Numbered from the stretch's first letter, positions 11,167 through 21,774 are shown. The stretch is DNA of 64,000 bases from Candidatus Cryptobacteroides intestinipullorum (GCA_018711225.1 DVIP01000148.1:14537-78536), one strand, 5' to 3'. Translations and numbers: made by a program. Notes: generated by a model from the sequence alone, not told the origin.

Positions 11167-12168
11167 ATGATTAATTTTGCACAAGCACAATATCTTGTTC
11201 TTCTTCTCCTAGTCCCGCTCTTTTTCGTGGCATACGCCGTCATGAGGCATTTCAGGAGAAAAAGACTGGAACGTCTGGGCGAGAAAGACCTGGTAAGCGG
11301 ACTGATGCCGTCCGTATCGTCATCTAAGGCATGGGTCCGCGTGACACTGTTTTCTCTGGCGTTCTTCTTTTTCGTCATCGGCCTTTCACGTCCGCAGATC
11401 GGAGCCAAACTGAAGGAGAGGAACATAAAGGGGGTGGAAATCATGATTGCGCTGGACGTTTCGAATTCCATGATGGCGGAGGATTACTCCCCGAACAGGC
11501 TGGAACGCGCCAAACTGGCTATTTCCAGTCTTGTAGACAAGTTGAGGGATGACAGGATAGGCCTTGTCGTCTTTGCGGGGACTTCTTTCGTGCAGCTTCC
11601 CGTCACTACCGACTATGCATCGGCCAAGATGTTCCTGAACAGCATAAACACCGAATCCGTCCCTATTCAGGGCACGGCGCTCGGAGAAGCCATCACTACA
11701 TGTATCAGAAGCTTCAGCACTCAGAGCGAGAGAAGCCGCGCAATCATAATCATAACGGACGGCGAGAACCATGAGGACGATCCTGTAGCGGCTGCCGGAC
11801 AGGCGGCGGAGATGGGTATAAAGGTTTTCACTATCGGAGTCGGTTCGGCAGAGGGAAAGCCCATACCTTACAAGGGCGAACTGCTGAAGGACAAGGACGG
11901 GAATATCGTCGTTTCCAGACTTGATGAAAAGGTCCTGAAGGAAATCGCGGCTGCAGGCAACGGCGCGTATGTCCATGCGGGGATGAGTGAGTTCGGGCTG
12001 AATCCCATAGTGGATGATATCAAGAGGATGGACGAAGAGATGTTCAATTCCGTGGTCTTCGAGGAATTTGACGAACAGTACATGTATTTCTTTGCGATAG
12101 CCCTGGCGCTTTTGGCTGTTGAAATGCTGATAGGGGAAAGACGGGCGCGCCGGCATCTGTTGAATTAA
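11167..12168 (+). CDS. batB: BatB vWA-domain protein
   Basis: DVSNSM MIDAS, PNRLERAK, IIITDGENHE; second vWA gene of the operon. Confidence 0.9.
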   Translation: MINFAQAQYLVLLLLVPLFFVAYAVMRHFRRKRLERLGEKDLVSGLMPSVSSSKAWVRVTLFSLAFFFFVIGLSRPQIGAKLKERNIKGVEIMIALDVSNSMMAEDYSPNRLERAKLAISSLVDKLRDDRIGLVVFAGTSFVQLPVTTDYASAKMFLNSINTESVPIQGTALGEAITTCIRSFSTQSERSRAIIIITDGENHEDDPVAAAGQAAEMGIKVFTIGVGSAEGKPIPYKGELLKDKDGNIVVSRLDEKVLKEIAAAGNGAYVHAGMSEFGLNPIVDDIKRMDEEMFNSVVFEEFDEQYMYFFAIALALLAVEMLIGERRARRHLLN

Positions 12169-12186
12169 TGTAATTATTTGAAAATT

Positions 12187-12990
12187 ATGAGAATATCCGG
12201 ATATATTTCCCTGATTGCTTTTCTGGTATTGGCCGGAACGGCTACGGCATATTCGCAGGAGTCGGACAGAAGAGATGTCCGCAAGGGCAACAGAGAGTTC
12301 CGTGACGGGAATTTCAAGGAGGCGGTAGTGGACTATCAGAAGGCGCTGCTCCGGGATTCCACATCATTTGCCGCATCGTATAATCTGGCGGGCGCCCTTT
12401 ATAAGATGGAGAATTACACTGAGGCCAGATCCGTTCTCGATACGGTGTCCAAAGCTGCTCCGGAATCGGGCCATGCATCCGACTACTACTACAACCTCGG
12501 CAATACCGCTTCGGCTCTCGAAGACTGGCAGGCTGCGGTAGATGCATACAAGGCTTCCCTGCTGGAAAATCCCGGCGATGTAGATGCGAAGGAAAACTAC
12601 ATCTATGCGAAGAAGAAACTCGAAGACCAGAAGAACAATCAGAACAACCAGAACAATCAGAATCAGGATAATAAGGACAATAAAGACAATCAGGACAACC
12701 AGGATAATCAGAACAATCAAAACAATCAGAACAACCAGGATCAGGACAATAAAGATAATAAAGACAATCAGGACAATCAGAATGACCGGAATGAGGACAA
12801 TCAGGACAGAAACCGGAACCAGGACAATGGCGGCAGCCAGCCTCAGGGCAGCAGCCAGCCGCAGATAAGCAAGCAGGCAGCCCAGCAGATGCTGAACGCC
12901 ATAATGGCCAAGGAAAAGGAGACACAGGACAAAGTGAAGAAGGAGAAGGCTGCGGTGATGAAGTCCAGACAAAAAGAAAAGAACTGGTAA
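12187..12990 (+). CDS. batC: BatC TPR protein with N/Q/D-rich linker
   Basis: Signal peptide, TPRs (YNLAGALYK, YNLGN...YKASLLENPGD), low-complexity tract, C-terminal EKNW. Confidence 0.88.
   Translation: MRISGYISLIAFLVLAGTATAYSQESDRRDVRKGNREFRDGNFKEAVVDYQKALLRDSTSFAASYNLAGALYKMENYTEARSVLDTVSKAAPESGHASDYYYNLGNTASALEDWQAAVDAYKASLLENPGDVDAKENYIYAKKKLEDQKNNQNNQNNQNQDNKDNKDNQDNQDNQNNQNNQNNQDQDNKDNKDNQDNQNDRNEDNQDRNRNQDNGGSQPQGSSQPQISKQAAQQMLNAIMAKEKETQDKVKKEKAAVMKSRQKEKNW
12633..12828 (+). repeat. degenerate 9-bp tandem repeat encoding NNQ/DNK/DNQ triplets inside batC
   Basis: aacaatcag aacaaccag ... gacaataaa gacaatcag units, with a higher-order duplication. Confidence 0.85.
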
Positions 12991-13021
12991 ATATCAGTAA
13001 AGAAGAAACTATAGTTCGAAT

Positions 13022-15616
13022 ATGAAGAAATTATTGCTGACACTTTTAACAGTATTCCAGGCTGCGGCCCTGTTTGCCCAGCTGAGGGTCGAGGTGCCCG
13101 ATGTGGTGGCTCAGGACGAGCAGTTCAATGTGACCTTCATTTATGAAGGGGAAAATTCGCCTTCGGATTTCGAATGGTCCCAGGGTGATGATTTCCAGCT
13201 TGTATGGGGGCCCCAGCAGGGCCGTTCCACGAGCATACAAATCATAAACGGCAAGCGCAGCAAATCTTCACAGTTCACTTATACCTATATTCTGACTCCG
13301 CGGAAAACGGGAAAGTCCACAATACCGGCGGCGACTGTCACCGTAAAGGGAAAGACCTACTCTACGGAGCCTGTCAGCATTAATGTGGTGGCTGAAGGTG
13401 CTTCGTCTGTACCCCAGTCAGGAACTTCATCAGGAGGATCCCAGTCTTCCACGGACATTTCGGATGACAACCTTTTCCTCAGCCTTACCTTCAGCAAGCG
13501 GAATGTGGTGGTCGGAGAGCCTATAGTGGCTACACTGAAACTGTATCAGAGAGTGAACATAGCGGGTTTCGAGGATGCCAGATTCCCTGCGTTCAACGGA
13601 TTCTGGAATCAGGAAATCGAAGCGCCTACGAATATCGAATTCCACAGGGAGGAAAGGGACAACAAGATATACAATGCGGCATTGTTGAGGAAATATATCC
13701 TTATTCCGCAGCAGTCGGGGTCTCTTACCATAGATCCTGCAGAGCTTGTCTGCCTGGTGAATGTGCGTACAGTTTCCAGCGGCAGCGTGAGCATATTCGA
13801 CGAGTTCTTCGACGAATACAGGACTGTCCGCAAAAGGGTCAGCACACCTTCGTACAAGATCAACGTTTCCCCGCTTCCTTCAGGAGCTCCGGCATCGTTC
13901 AAGGGCGGTGTGGGCAAGTTCGGCATCTCCGCATACCTGAGCAAGGACTCTCTCAGGACCCATGACGCGGCTTCCCTTATAGTGAAGATTACCGGAAAGG
14001 GAAATGTGTCTCTCCTGGAAGAGCCTGATGTGGTCTTTCCTCCTGATTTCGAGGTCTATGACACCAAGGTGACCGAGTCGATAGACAAGTCGGGAGGCAT
14101 ATCGGGAAGCAAGACATACGAGTTCCCGTTCATACCTCGAAGCGCAGGGGATTTCGCCATAGCTCCCATAAAATACAGCTATTATGATATCGACGCAGGC
14201 CGCTATGTGACTGTCGAGACTCCTGTCATCCCGTTCTCCGTAGCCAAAGGAAACGAATCAGAGGCTTCTTCCGCCGTTTCCACAGCAGGAGTGGCCCAGC
14301 GTGGTGTAAAGGACCTGAACCATGACATCCGGTTCATCGACGTGAAGAATACTGACCTTTCTCCAAAGGGAGCCTTCTTTGCCGGTTCGGCAGGTTTCTG
14401 GGCGGTTTCGGTCATCATTCTCCTTCTGGGTGCCGCAGCCTATGCGCTTGTGAATTTCATGGCTGCCCGCAGGGCCGATGTCGTGGGGTCGAAGAACAGG
14501 GGAGCTACCAAGATGGCCCGGAAACGACTGCACAAGGCTTCCGAGTATCTCGGAAAGGATCTTTATACTGCATTCTACGAAGAACTGCACAAGGCGCTTA
14601 CCGGGTATATTTCCGACAAGCTGAATATTCCTGCCGCAGACTTCTCGAAGGACCGGGTGGCCGAAATCCTGGCAGGGAAGGGCGTGCCTTCGGAAATCGT
14701 GGACAAGTTCATCTCCATAGTGGACGCATGCGAATATGCCCGATATTCTCCGGACGCCGGAAATGCTGCGATGTCCGCACATTACCAGGAGGCTGTGGAA
14801 GTCATTTCATCTATAGATTCGTATATGAAGAACAAGAAAAACCAGTCTGCGGCAAAGGTCGTGACGGCGGTGTTGCTGCTTATGGGTCTTCCTTTGTCCG
14901 GCTCTGCAGCTGATGCGTATGTGGATTCATTGTTCAATGATGCCAATACCGCGTATTCGGACGGGCGCTGGCAGGATGCCATAGACTCTTACAGCGCCAT
15001 CGGAAATCTCGGTCTGGAATCGGCGGCACTGTACTGCAATCTGGGAAATGCGTACTACAAGTCCGGCGATGTGGCGAAGGCAATCCTTTATTATGAAAAG
15101 GCATTGAAACTGGACCCTTCCTGGTCGGATGCCAGGTACAATATCACGGTGGTTTCGGATTTCATACAGGACAGGATCGAGCCTGTCCCGGAATTTATAC
15201 TGAAGACATGGACCAGGGACCTGTGTTATACCCTCGATTCGGATACATGGGCTGTGACGGGACTTGTTTTCCTCCTGCTGACGGTGGTATCCCTTCTGTT
15301 CCTCTTCCTTTCGCCGTCGCTCGGTCTGAGAAGGACAGGGTTCTTCTGCGGAATAGTCTTTTTCCTGCTGACCGTGATGTCGTGCTCGTTTGCGTTCTGG
15401 CAGAAGGCCGACTATTCGAGAAAGGACGGGGCTGTAATCATGACGCCTGTCGTGTCCGTGAAGAGTTCTCCTTCTTCGGAAACCTCGACAGACCTGTTCA
15501 TCCTGCATGAAGGGACGAAAGTCAGGATACTTGACGAGGTGGGAGACTGGAGAAATGTGGAACTTGCCGACGGCCGCCAGGGATGGATGCGTTCGGAAGA
15601 TATGGAGATTATTTGA
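13022..15616 (+). CDS. batD: BatD-BatE fusion (BatD domains + TM + TPR + SH3-like C-terminus)
   Basis: BatD-type N-terminal ~600 aa; then NLGNAYYK...AILYYEKALKLDP TPR and LHEGTKV...LADGRQGW SH3-like end, typical of BatE; no stop between them. Confidence 0.85.
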   Translation: MKKLLLTLLTVFQAAALFAQLRVEVPDVVAQDEQFNVTFIYEGENSPSDFEWSQGDDFQLVWGPQQGRSTSIQIINGKRSKSSQFTYTYILTPRKTGKSTIPAATVTVKGKTYSTEPVSINVVAEGASSVPQSGTSSGGSQSSTDISDDNLFLSLTFSKRNVVVGEPIVATLKLYQRVNIAGFEDARFPAFNGFWNQEIEAPTNIEFHREERDNKIYNAALLRKYILIPQQSGSLTIDPAELVCLVNVRTVSSGSVSIFDEFFDEYRTVRKRVSTPSYKINVSPLPSGAPASFKGGVGKFGISAYLSKDSLRTHDAASLIVKITGKGNVSLLEEPDVVFPPDFEVYDTKVTESIDKSGGISGSKTYEFPFIPRSAGDFAIAPIKYSYYDIDAGRYVTVETPVIPFSVAKGNESEASSAVSTAGVAQRGVKDLNHDIRFIDVKNTDLSPKGAFFAGSAGFWAVSVIILLLGAAAYALVNFMAARRADVVGSKNRGATKMARKRLHKASEYLGKDLYTAFYEELHKALTGYISDKLNIPAADFSKDRVAEILAGKGVPSEIVDKFISIVDACEYARYSPDAGNAAMSAHYQEAVEVISSIDSYMKNKKNQSAAKVVTAVLLLMGLPLSGSAADAYVDSLFNDANTAYSDGRWQDAIDSYSAIGNLGLESAALYCNLGNAYYKSGDVAKAILYYEKALKLDPSWSDARYNITVVSDFIQDRIEPVPEFILKTWTRDLCYTLDSDTWAVTGLVFLLLTVVSLLFLFLSPSLGLRRTGFFCGIVFFLLTVMSCSFAFWQKADYSRKDGAVIMTPVVSVKSSPSSETSTDLFILHEGTKVRILDEVGDWRNVELADGRQGWMRSEDMEII

Positions 15617-15617
15617 T

Positions 15618-16562
15618 ATGAAAATCGTTTTTCTTGATGCCGCCACTCTGGGCGACGTGTCTTTCAGCCCGATTATGGAACTCGGCGAACTGGTGTGCTG
15701 GCAGACTTCCACACCTGCCGAAGCACTGGAACGTGTATCGGACTGTGATGTACTCATTGTAAACAAGGTAAAGGTCACCAGGGAACTCATAGATGCGGCC
15801 CATGCGTTGAAACTGATATGCGAGGCTGCCACAGGCGTGAACAATATAGACCTGGAATATGCCGGGGCGCGCGGGATTCCTGTCAGGAACGTGGCCGGGT
15901 ATTCGACAGAATCGGTGGTGCAGAGCACCTTCATGCACATATTGAGTCTGGTGGGGCAGCTCCCGTATTATGACTGGAAGGTCAAGACCGGCAGGTATTC
16001 GTGGAGCGGACTGTTCACTGATGTCAGCCGTCCGTTTTTCGAACTTTCCGGCAAGACCATTGGCATCGTCGGAATGGGGACCATCGGACATCGTGTGGCG
16101 GAAGTCGCCGGGGCTTTCGGCATGAAGGTGATATATTATTCCACTTCAGGGACATCGCATTGCACTGACTATCCGAGCGTGCCGCTGGACAGGCTGATGG
16201 CCGAATCGGATGTGGTGTCTGTGCACGCCCCTCTGAACGGACGGACTTCCGGCCTGATAGGAAAGGCCGAGCTTGCACTTATGAAGCCGCATGCCATTAT
16301 CGTGAACATGGGACGCGGAGGCATTGTGGACGAGGCTGCACTGGCAGAAGCCGTCGATAACGGGACCATTGCCGGGGCAGGCATGGACGTATATACGGAA
16401 GAGCCGATGAATGTGAAGAATCCGCTTTCCCTGGCAAAACATCAGGAGCGCCTGTCGCTTACCCCTCATACGGCCTGGGCTTCGGTAGAGGCCAGAAAAA
16501 GACTTGTAGACATGATTGCAGGCAATATCGCGGCTTTCTTGTCTGAAGAAAACCGGTCATGA
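15618..16562 (+). CDS. D-2-hydroxyacid dehydrogenase (glycerate dehydrogenase-like)
   Basis: GIVGMGTIG, NMGRGGIVDE, DVYTEEP, TPHTAWAS. Confidence 0.92.
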   Translation: MKIVFLDAATLGDVSFSPIMELGELVCWQTSTPAEALERVSDCDVLIVNKVKVTRELIDAAHALKLICEAATGVNNIDLEYAGARGIPVRNVAGYSTESVVQSTFMHILSLVGQLPYYDWKVKTGRYSWSGLFTDVSRPFFELSGKTIGIVGMGTIGHRVAEVAGAFGMKVIYYSTSGTSHCTDYPSVPLDRLMAESDVVSVHAPLNGRTSGLIGKAELALMKPHAIIVNMGRGGIVDEAALAEAVDNGTIAGAGMDVYTEEPMNVKNPLSLAKHQERLSLTPHTAWASVEARKRLVDMIAGNIAAFLSEENRS

Positions 16563-17071
16563 TTCTTAAGGAACTCAACGGACACAGCCCTGTATTCGGG
16601 AAAAATGTCTTTGTCGCGGACAATGCGGCATTGATAGGGGATGTCTCGCTGGGCGATGACTGCAGCATCTGGTACGGGGCGGTGCTTAGAGGCGATGTCG
16701 GGAGCATCGTTCTGGGTGACAGGGTGAATGTGCAGGACGGGGCTGTAATGCACGCGACGAACCGCAAGTCTTCAGTAAGGACAGGCAATGATGTCTCTGT
16801 CGGGCATAATGCCATAGTGCACGGTGCCATAATCGGAAATGACGTCCTTATCGGAATGGGGGCAGTCGTCATGGACAATGCCGTAGTTCCTGACGGTACA
16901 GTCATAGCCGCCGGAGCCGTTGTCCTGGCAGGTACTGTCCTTGAGCCTGGAATATGGGCGGGAATCCCTGCCAGGAAGGTGAAGGACGCCTCAGAGGCCG
17001 TCACGGCAATGGCTCACACCAATGCCGCCGGCTATCTTGAGTATAAAAACTGGTATTCGGACAAGGAATAA
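16559..17071 (+). CDS. gamma carbonic anhydrase family protein
   Basis: Hexapeptide repeats; LRGDV, NVQDGAVMH, VGHNAIVHGA. Confidence 0.92.
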   Translation: MILKELNGHSPVFGKNVFVADNAALIGDVSLGDDCSIWYGAVLRGDVGSIVLGDRVNVQDGAVMHATNRKSSVRTGNDVSVGHNAIVHGAIIGNDVLIGMGAVVMDNAVVPDGTVIAAGAVVLAGTVLEPGIWAGIPARKVKDASEAVTAMAHTNAAGYLEYKNWYSDKE

Positions 17072-17073
17072 TC

Positions 17074-17095
17074 AGGGCGGCTTCCGTTCCGCCCT
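17074..17095. terminator. short hairpin between convergent genes
   Basis: agggcgg-N8-ccgccct; no clear U tract. Confidence 0.4.
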
Positions 17096-18673
17096 CTATT
17101 CCCACTCGATGGTTGCAGGCGGTTTCGAACTGATGTCATAGACTACCCTGTTCACTCCGCGCACCTTGTTAATGATGTCATTGCTGACCTTGGCCATGAA
17201 ATCGTATGGCAGGTGCACCCAGTCGGCTGTCATCCCGTCAGTGGAAATAACGGCACGCAAGGCTATGGTATATTCGTAAGTCCTTTCGTCACCCATCACT
17301 CCGACACTCTTTACGGGAAGCAGGATTGCTCCTGCCTGCCAGATGGCGTCATACAGATTGTGCGCAGTGACGGTAGGGTCGGATGCCGAAGGCACACCGT
17401 CTATCCTGTATTCCCTCAGCCCGCGGATGAATATGTCGTCCGCCTCCCTCAGTATTTCCAGTTTGTCTTCTGTGATGTCCCCGAGAATCCTGATGCCGAG
17501 TGACGGTCCGGGGAAAGGATGCCTTCCTATCAGTTCTTCCTTGATTCCGAGAGCGCGGCCCACTCTTCTTACTTCGTCCTTGAACAGGGAACGGAGCGGT
17601 TCCACGATTTTCAGATTCATCTTTTCAGGAAGCCCGCCTACGTTGTGGTGGGATTTGATGGTGGATGAAGGTCCGTTTACGGATGCCGATTCTATGACAT
17701 CCGGGTATATCGTACCCTGGGCAAGCCAGCCGGCATTCTCTATTTTCCCGGCATAGCTGTCGAAAGTCTCGATGAAAAGCCTGCCGATGATTTTCCTTTT
17801 CTTCTCAGGGTCCGTCACTCCTGCGAGCTCGCTTATGAAAGCCTTGGAAGCATCGGCACCTATTACATTCAGTCCCATGTCCTGGTATGAGGCCAGCACG
17901 TCCTCGAATTCGTTCTTGCGGAGAAGTCCGTTGTTCACGAATATGCAGGTGAGATTGTGCCCTATGGCCTTGTTGAGTAATACGGCTGCGACAGTGGAAT
18001 CCACGCCTCCGCTCAGGCCGAGTATCACCTTGTCATCACCGAGTTTCTCCTTGAGTTCCGCGATGGTAGTGTCTATGAATGATGCCGGAGTCCAGTCTCC
18101 CTTGCATCCGCAGATGCCGAGTGCGAAATTGGAAAGTATTCTGCTTCCTTCCGCCGTATGGTAAACTTCAGGATGGAACTGCACGGCGTATGTGTCTTCT
18201 CCTTTTATATGATAGGCGGCATTGGTCACGTCTGCGGTGGAAGCTATGACTTCCCCGCCTTCCGGAAGCTTCGCTATGGTATCTCCGTGTGACATCCAGA
18301 CCTGTGAATGTGCGGACACGCCTTTCATGAGAGGGGAGTCCGGAGCCGTGACATCGAGCATCGCCCTTCCGTATTCCCTGGCGATGGACGCATCCACTTC
18401 CCCTCCGTATCTGTATGCGATGTATTGCGCCCCGTAGCATATACCAAGCAGCGGATACCTGCCTTTTATGCCTTCCAGATCGGCGGCAGGAGCCTTCGCG
18501 TCCCTTACCGAGAACGGGCTGCCTGACAATATCACGCCTTTTACACTGTCATCCAGTGCGGGAATCTTGTTGTAGGGATAGATTTCGCAATATACGTTCA
18601 ACTCTCTGAGTCTGCGTCCGATGAGCTGTGTCACCTGCGAACCGAAGTCTAGGATAATGATTTTCTCTGTCAT
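17096..18673 (-). CDS. guaA: GMP synthase (glutamine-hydrolysing)
   Basis: [44 protein letters not shown]. Confidence 0.98.
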   Translation of the reverse strand: MTEKIIILDFGSQVTQLIGRRLRELNVYCEIYPYNKIPALDDSVKGVILSGSPFSVRDAKAPAADLEGIKGRYPLLGICYGAQYIAYRYGGEVDASIAREYGRAMLDVTAPDSPLMKGVSAHSQVWMSHGDTIAKLPEGGEVIASTADVTNAAYHIKGEDTYAVQFHPEVYHTAEGSRILSNFALGICGCKGDWTPASFIDTTIAELKEKLGDDKVILGLSGGVDSTVAAVLLNKAIGHNLTCIFVNNGLLRKNEFEDVLASYQDMGLNVIGADASKAFISELAGVTDPEKKRKIIGRLFIETFDSYAGKIENAGWLAQGTIYPDVIESASVNGPSSTIKSHHNVGGLPEKMNLKIVEPLRSLFKDEVRRVGRALGIKEELIGRHPFPGPSLGIRILGDITEDKLEILREADDIFIRGLREYRIDGVPSASDPTVTAHNLYDAIWQAGAILLPVKSVGVMGDERTYEYTIALRAVISTDGMTADWVHLPYDFMAKVSNDIINKVRGVNRVVYDISSKPPATIEWE

Positions 18674-18910
18674 TGCAATGGGCTTCTATGAAAAGTCAGC
18701 CGCAAAAATAATATAAAAACTTCGTTTTGAAGAGGAAAAATAAAACAAAAACTTTATTTTAATTTCAGAATTTTCTACTTTTGCACTCCATTTTCAGAAG
18801 ACATGGGCCTGTCTTCCAGGTGGGGACAGGAGAACCGGAGACCGGACCCGGCTGCAGCCAGTGGTGGATGGCCGGTATCATGCGGCTCCGGACTATTTAA
18901 AAATTTTCGT

Positions 18911-20710
18911 ATGGATATAAGGAATATAGCAATCATCGCACACGTCGACCACGGCAAAACCACGCTTGTAGACCGGATGATATATCAGGCTAAGCAGGCG
19001 AGGGAAGACAAGATGGGGGAGCTGATACTCGACAACAACGACATCGAGAGGGAAAGAGGTATCACAATATTGGCCAAAAATGTGTCAGTTCCGTATAAGG
19101 GAGTTAAAATCAATGTGATAGATACACCGGGACATAGTGATTTCGGCGGAGAGGTCGAGCGTGTCCTCAATATGGCCGACGGCGTCCTCCTTCTGGTGGA
19201 TGCGTTCGAGGGCTGTATGCCGCAGACACGTTTCGTGCTTCAGAAAGCCATAGAAATGGGCAAGAAGCCGATAGTGGTGATAAACAAGGTGGACAAGCAG
19301 AACTGCCGTCCGGAGGAAGTCCAGGAAGAGGTGTTCGACCTGATGTTTTCCCTGAACGCCACGGATGACCAGCTGGATTTCAAGACGCTTTACGGAAGCG
19401 CCAAGCAGGGATGGATGTCATACGACTGGAGAAAACCGACCTCAGACATAACTCCTCTTCTGGATACCATACTTTCGGAAATACCGGCTCCGGCGCACAA
19501 CCCCGGAACACCCCAGATGCTTATTTCTTCTCTCGAATACTCGCCGTACGTGGGGCGTATCGCTGTGGGAAGGATTACCAGGGGCGAGCTGAAGTCAGGG
19601 ATGAATGTGAGCCTGTGCAAGCGGTACGGCATCATCCAGAAGCAGAAAATCCGCGACCTGATGGTGTTCGACGGCCTGGGAAAGACCAGGGTGGAGACGG
19701 TGCAGTGCGGTGATATATGTGCGGTGGTAGGTCTTGACGGTTTCGAGATAGGCGACACAGTGGCCGATTTCGAGAACCCGGAACCGCTTCCTCCGATCGA
19801 GGTGGATGAGCCTACCATGAGTATGCTGTTCTGCATCAACAATTCCCCGTTCTTCGGCCGCGAGGGCAAGTTCGTGACGTCCAGACATCTTAAGGAAAGG
19901 CTGGAAAAGGAACTGGAGAAGAATCTGGCCCTCAGGGTCAAGCCGGGTCCCAATGCGGATTCGTTCATTGTCTACGGAAGGGGAGTGCTGCATCTTTCAG
20001 TGCTTATCGAGACCATGAGAAGGGAAGGTTTCGAGCTTCAGGTGGGACAGCCCAAGGTCCTGGACAAGACCATAAACGGCCAGCGCTGCGAACCTATTGA
20101 GAATCTTACGATAGAAGTTCCGGAAGAGTTCGTCGGGAAGGCCATAGAGATTTCCACCAGGAGAAAGGGCGCGCTCATCCACATGGAGACCAGGGGAGAC
20201 AGGACGCATCTTGATTTCGACATACCGGCAAGAGGGCTTATGGGACTCAGAAGCAATCTTCTTACCGCCACTCAGGGAGAGGCCGTCGTGGCGCACCGTT
20301 TCAAGGGCTATGAGCCGTATAAGGGCGATATTGAAAGCCGCACCAACGGTTCTCTTGTGTCTCTCGAGACAGGCGTGGCCGTGGCATATTCCATGGACAA
20401 ACTGCAGGACAGGGGCCGTTTCTTCGTAAATCCGGGAGACGAGATTTATGCAGGCCAGGTTGTAGGTGAGCATACGAGGGAAAGGGACCTCAATATCAAT
20501 ATCTGCAAGACCAAGAAGCTTACCAACATGAGGGCGTCGGGCAGTGATGACAAGGTAATGCTTCCTCCGCCTGTCGTTTTCTCTCTCGAAGAGGCTCTCG
20601 AATATATTCAGGAGGACGAGCTCGTGGAGGTGACGCCTAAGTCCATGAGAATCAGGAAAATAATTCTTGACGAGACAGAAAGGAAGAGAAAAAGCGGAAA
20701 TTTGGATTGA
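18911..20710 (+). CDS. typA: translational GTPase TypA/BipA
   Basis: [60 protein letters not shown]. Confidence 0.97.
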   Translation: MDIRNIAIIAHVDHGKTTLVDRMIYQAKQAREDKMGELILDNNDIERERGITILAKNVSVPYKGVKINVIDTPGHSDFGGEVERVLNMADGVLLLVDAFEGCMPQTRFVLQKAIEMGKKPIVVINKVDKQNCRPEEVQEEVFDLMFSLNATDDQLDFKTLYGSAKQGWMSYDWRKPTSDITPLLDTILSEIPAPAHNPGTPQMLISSLEYSPYVGRIAVGRITRGELKSGMNVSLCKRYGIIQKQKIRDLMVFDGLGKTRVETVQCGDICAVVGLDGFEIGDTVADFENPEPLPPIEVDEPTMSMLFCINNSPFFGREGKFVTSRHLKERLEKELEKNLALRVKPGPNADSFIVYGRGVLHLSVLIETMRREGFELQVGQPKVLDKTINGQRCEPIENLTIEVPEEFVGKAIEISTRRKGALIHMETRGDRTHLDFDIPARGLMGLRSNLLTATQGEAVVAHRFKGYEPYKGDIESRTNGSLVSLETGVAVAYSMDKLQDRGRFFVNPGDEIYAGQVVGEHTRERDLNINICKTKKLTNMRASGSDDKVMLPPPVVFSLEEALEYIQEDELVEVTPKSMRIRKIILDETERKRKSGNLD

Positions 20711-20760
20711 TTTTATAAAAATTATACTTATCTTTGCACGCTCAAATCTATTTACGGGGC

Positions 20761-21291
20761 ATGAATGACAGTTTGTTTCTGATACCTTTAAATGGATTGG
20801 CCCAGGGGCGCACGGTTCGCGGTCTGAGGGTCGGTAAAGAGTTTTTTGAAAGTTTTGATAATGCCGAGATTCTGGATGCGGAACTTGATGTCACCATAGA
20901 GACGGAAAAGTCCGGCAGCTATACGGGGATTGACTGCCGCATTTGCGGAAATGTGACGGTGCCCTGTGACAGATGCCTTGATCCTCTCGTCATTCCTCTC
21001 GATGCCGAAGCGAAACTCAGTGTCAAGTTCGGTGCAGGTGAGGACGGAAAGGAGGATGATGACATGCAGGATGACCGCGAGATAATATGGCTCCCGGAAG
21101 ACGAAGCGGAACTGGATATGGCCCAGATAATATATGATTATGTGTGCCTTTCACTTCCTGCCGTTCGTTTCCATCCCGAAGGCGGATGCAATGCGGATGT
21201 CTTGAGACATCTTGGCGGAGGAAGCGCTGATCGGGACACGGATGAAGGCGGAAGTCCGTTTTCTGTCCTGAAAGGGCTTTTCCAGAACTGA
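20761..21291 (+). CDS. DUF177/YceD family protein
   Basis: VPCDRCL motif; directly upstream of rpmF; TATCTTTG promoter at 20729. Confidence 0.88.
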   Translation: MNDSLFLIPLNGLAQGRTVRGLRVGKEFFESFDNAEILDAELDVTIETEKSGSYTGIDCRICGNVTVPCDRCLDPLVIPLDAEAKLSVKFGAGEDGKEDDDMQDDREIIWLPEDEAELDMAQIIYDYVCLSLPAVRFHPEGGCNADVLRHLGGGSADRDTDEGGSPFSVLKGLFQN

Positions 21292-21328
21292 CCGGCGATT
21301 GTTGGAAACGTAAAAATTGTAATATAAA

Positions 21329-21511
21329 ATGGCACATCCGAAACACAAAGTCTCCAAACAGAGACGAGACAAAAGAAGAACACATGATAAGGCAGTAGTC
21401 CCTACACTGGCTACATGCTCCAATTGTGGTGCGACCGTACTGTATCATAGAGTTTGCCCAGAGTGCGGCTATTACAGAGGTCGTCAGATTATCCAGAAGA
21501 GCGCCGAGTAG
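21329..21511 (+). CDS. rpmF: 50S ribosomal protein L32
   Basis: [19 protein letters not shown]...CSNCG...[12 protein letters not shown]. Confidence 0.98.
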   Translation: MAHPKHKVSKQRRDKRRTHDKAVVPTLATCSNCGATVLYHRVCPECGYYRGRQIIQKSAE

Positions 21512-21527
21512 GCAGTCCTTCTGAAAC

Positions 21528-21599
21528 GGCCCTGTAGTTCAACGGATAGAATGGAAGTTTCCTAAACTTTAGATAGCAGTTCGATTCTGCTCGGGGCTA
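21528..21599 (+). tRNA. tRNA-Arg (anticodon CCT)
   Basis: GGCCCTG/CGGGGCT acceptor stem; D arm; anticodon arm GAAGT-TT-CCT-AA-ACTTT; T arm AGCAG-TTCGATT-CTGCT; CCA not encoded. Confidence 0.95.
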
Positions 21600-21613
21600 C
21601 GATATCAGTCAAT

Positions 21614-21652
21614 GAGGATGGTCAAAGTCTGACTCATCCTCTTTTTGTTTTT
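21614..21652 (+). terminator. rho-independent terminator after tRNA
   Basis: gaggatg...catcctc stem followed by tttttgttttt. Confidence 0.8.
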
Positions 21653-21674
21653 ACTCCTTGACAGTCTCTCGCCT

Positions 21675-21774
21675 AAAAATGTCCGACTAACCGCAAAAAC
21701 CGCCGAAAACGCAGTTAGTCGCGCAAAAAAATGTCGGACTAACGACAAAAACCGCCGAAAACGCAGTTAGTCGC
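21675..21774. repeat. two tandem 48-bp palindrome-containing repeats (period 52)
   Basis: aaaaatgtc(c/g)gactaac..caaaaaccgccgaaaacgcagttagtcgc twice; gactaac/gttagtc arms within each copy. Confidence 0.85.

Noticed and set aside
9730-11190. 486-aa antisense ORF over batA
   Set aside because: Shadow frame of well-supported genes; no recognisable motifs
12364-12972. hydrophobic LIV-rich antisense ORF and C/R-rich alternate frames
   Set aside because: Artefacts of the batC 9-bp repeat
21675-21774. possible mini-CRISPR
   Set aside because: Only two units, separated by 4 bp; no spacers and no cas genes
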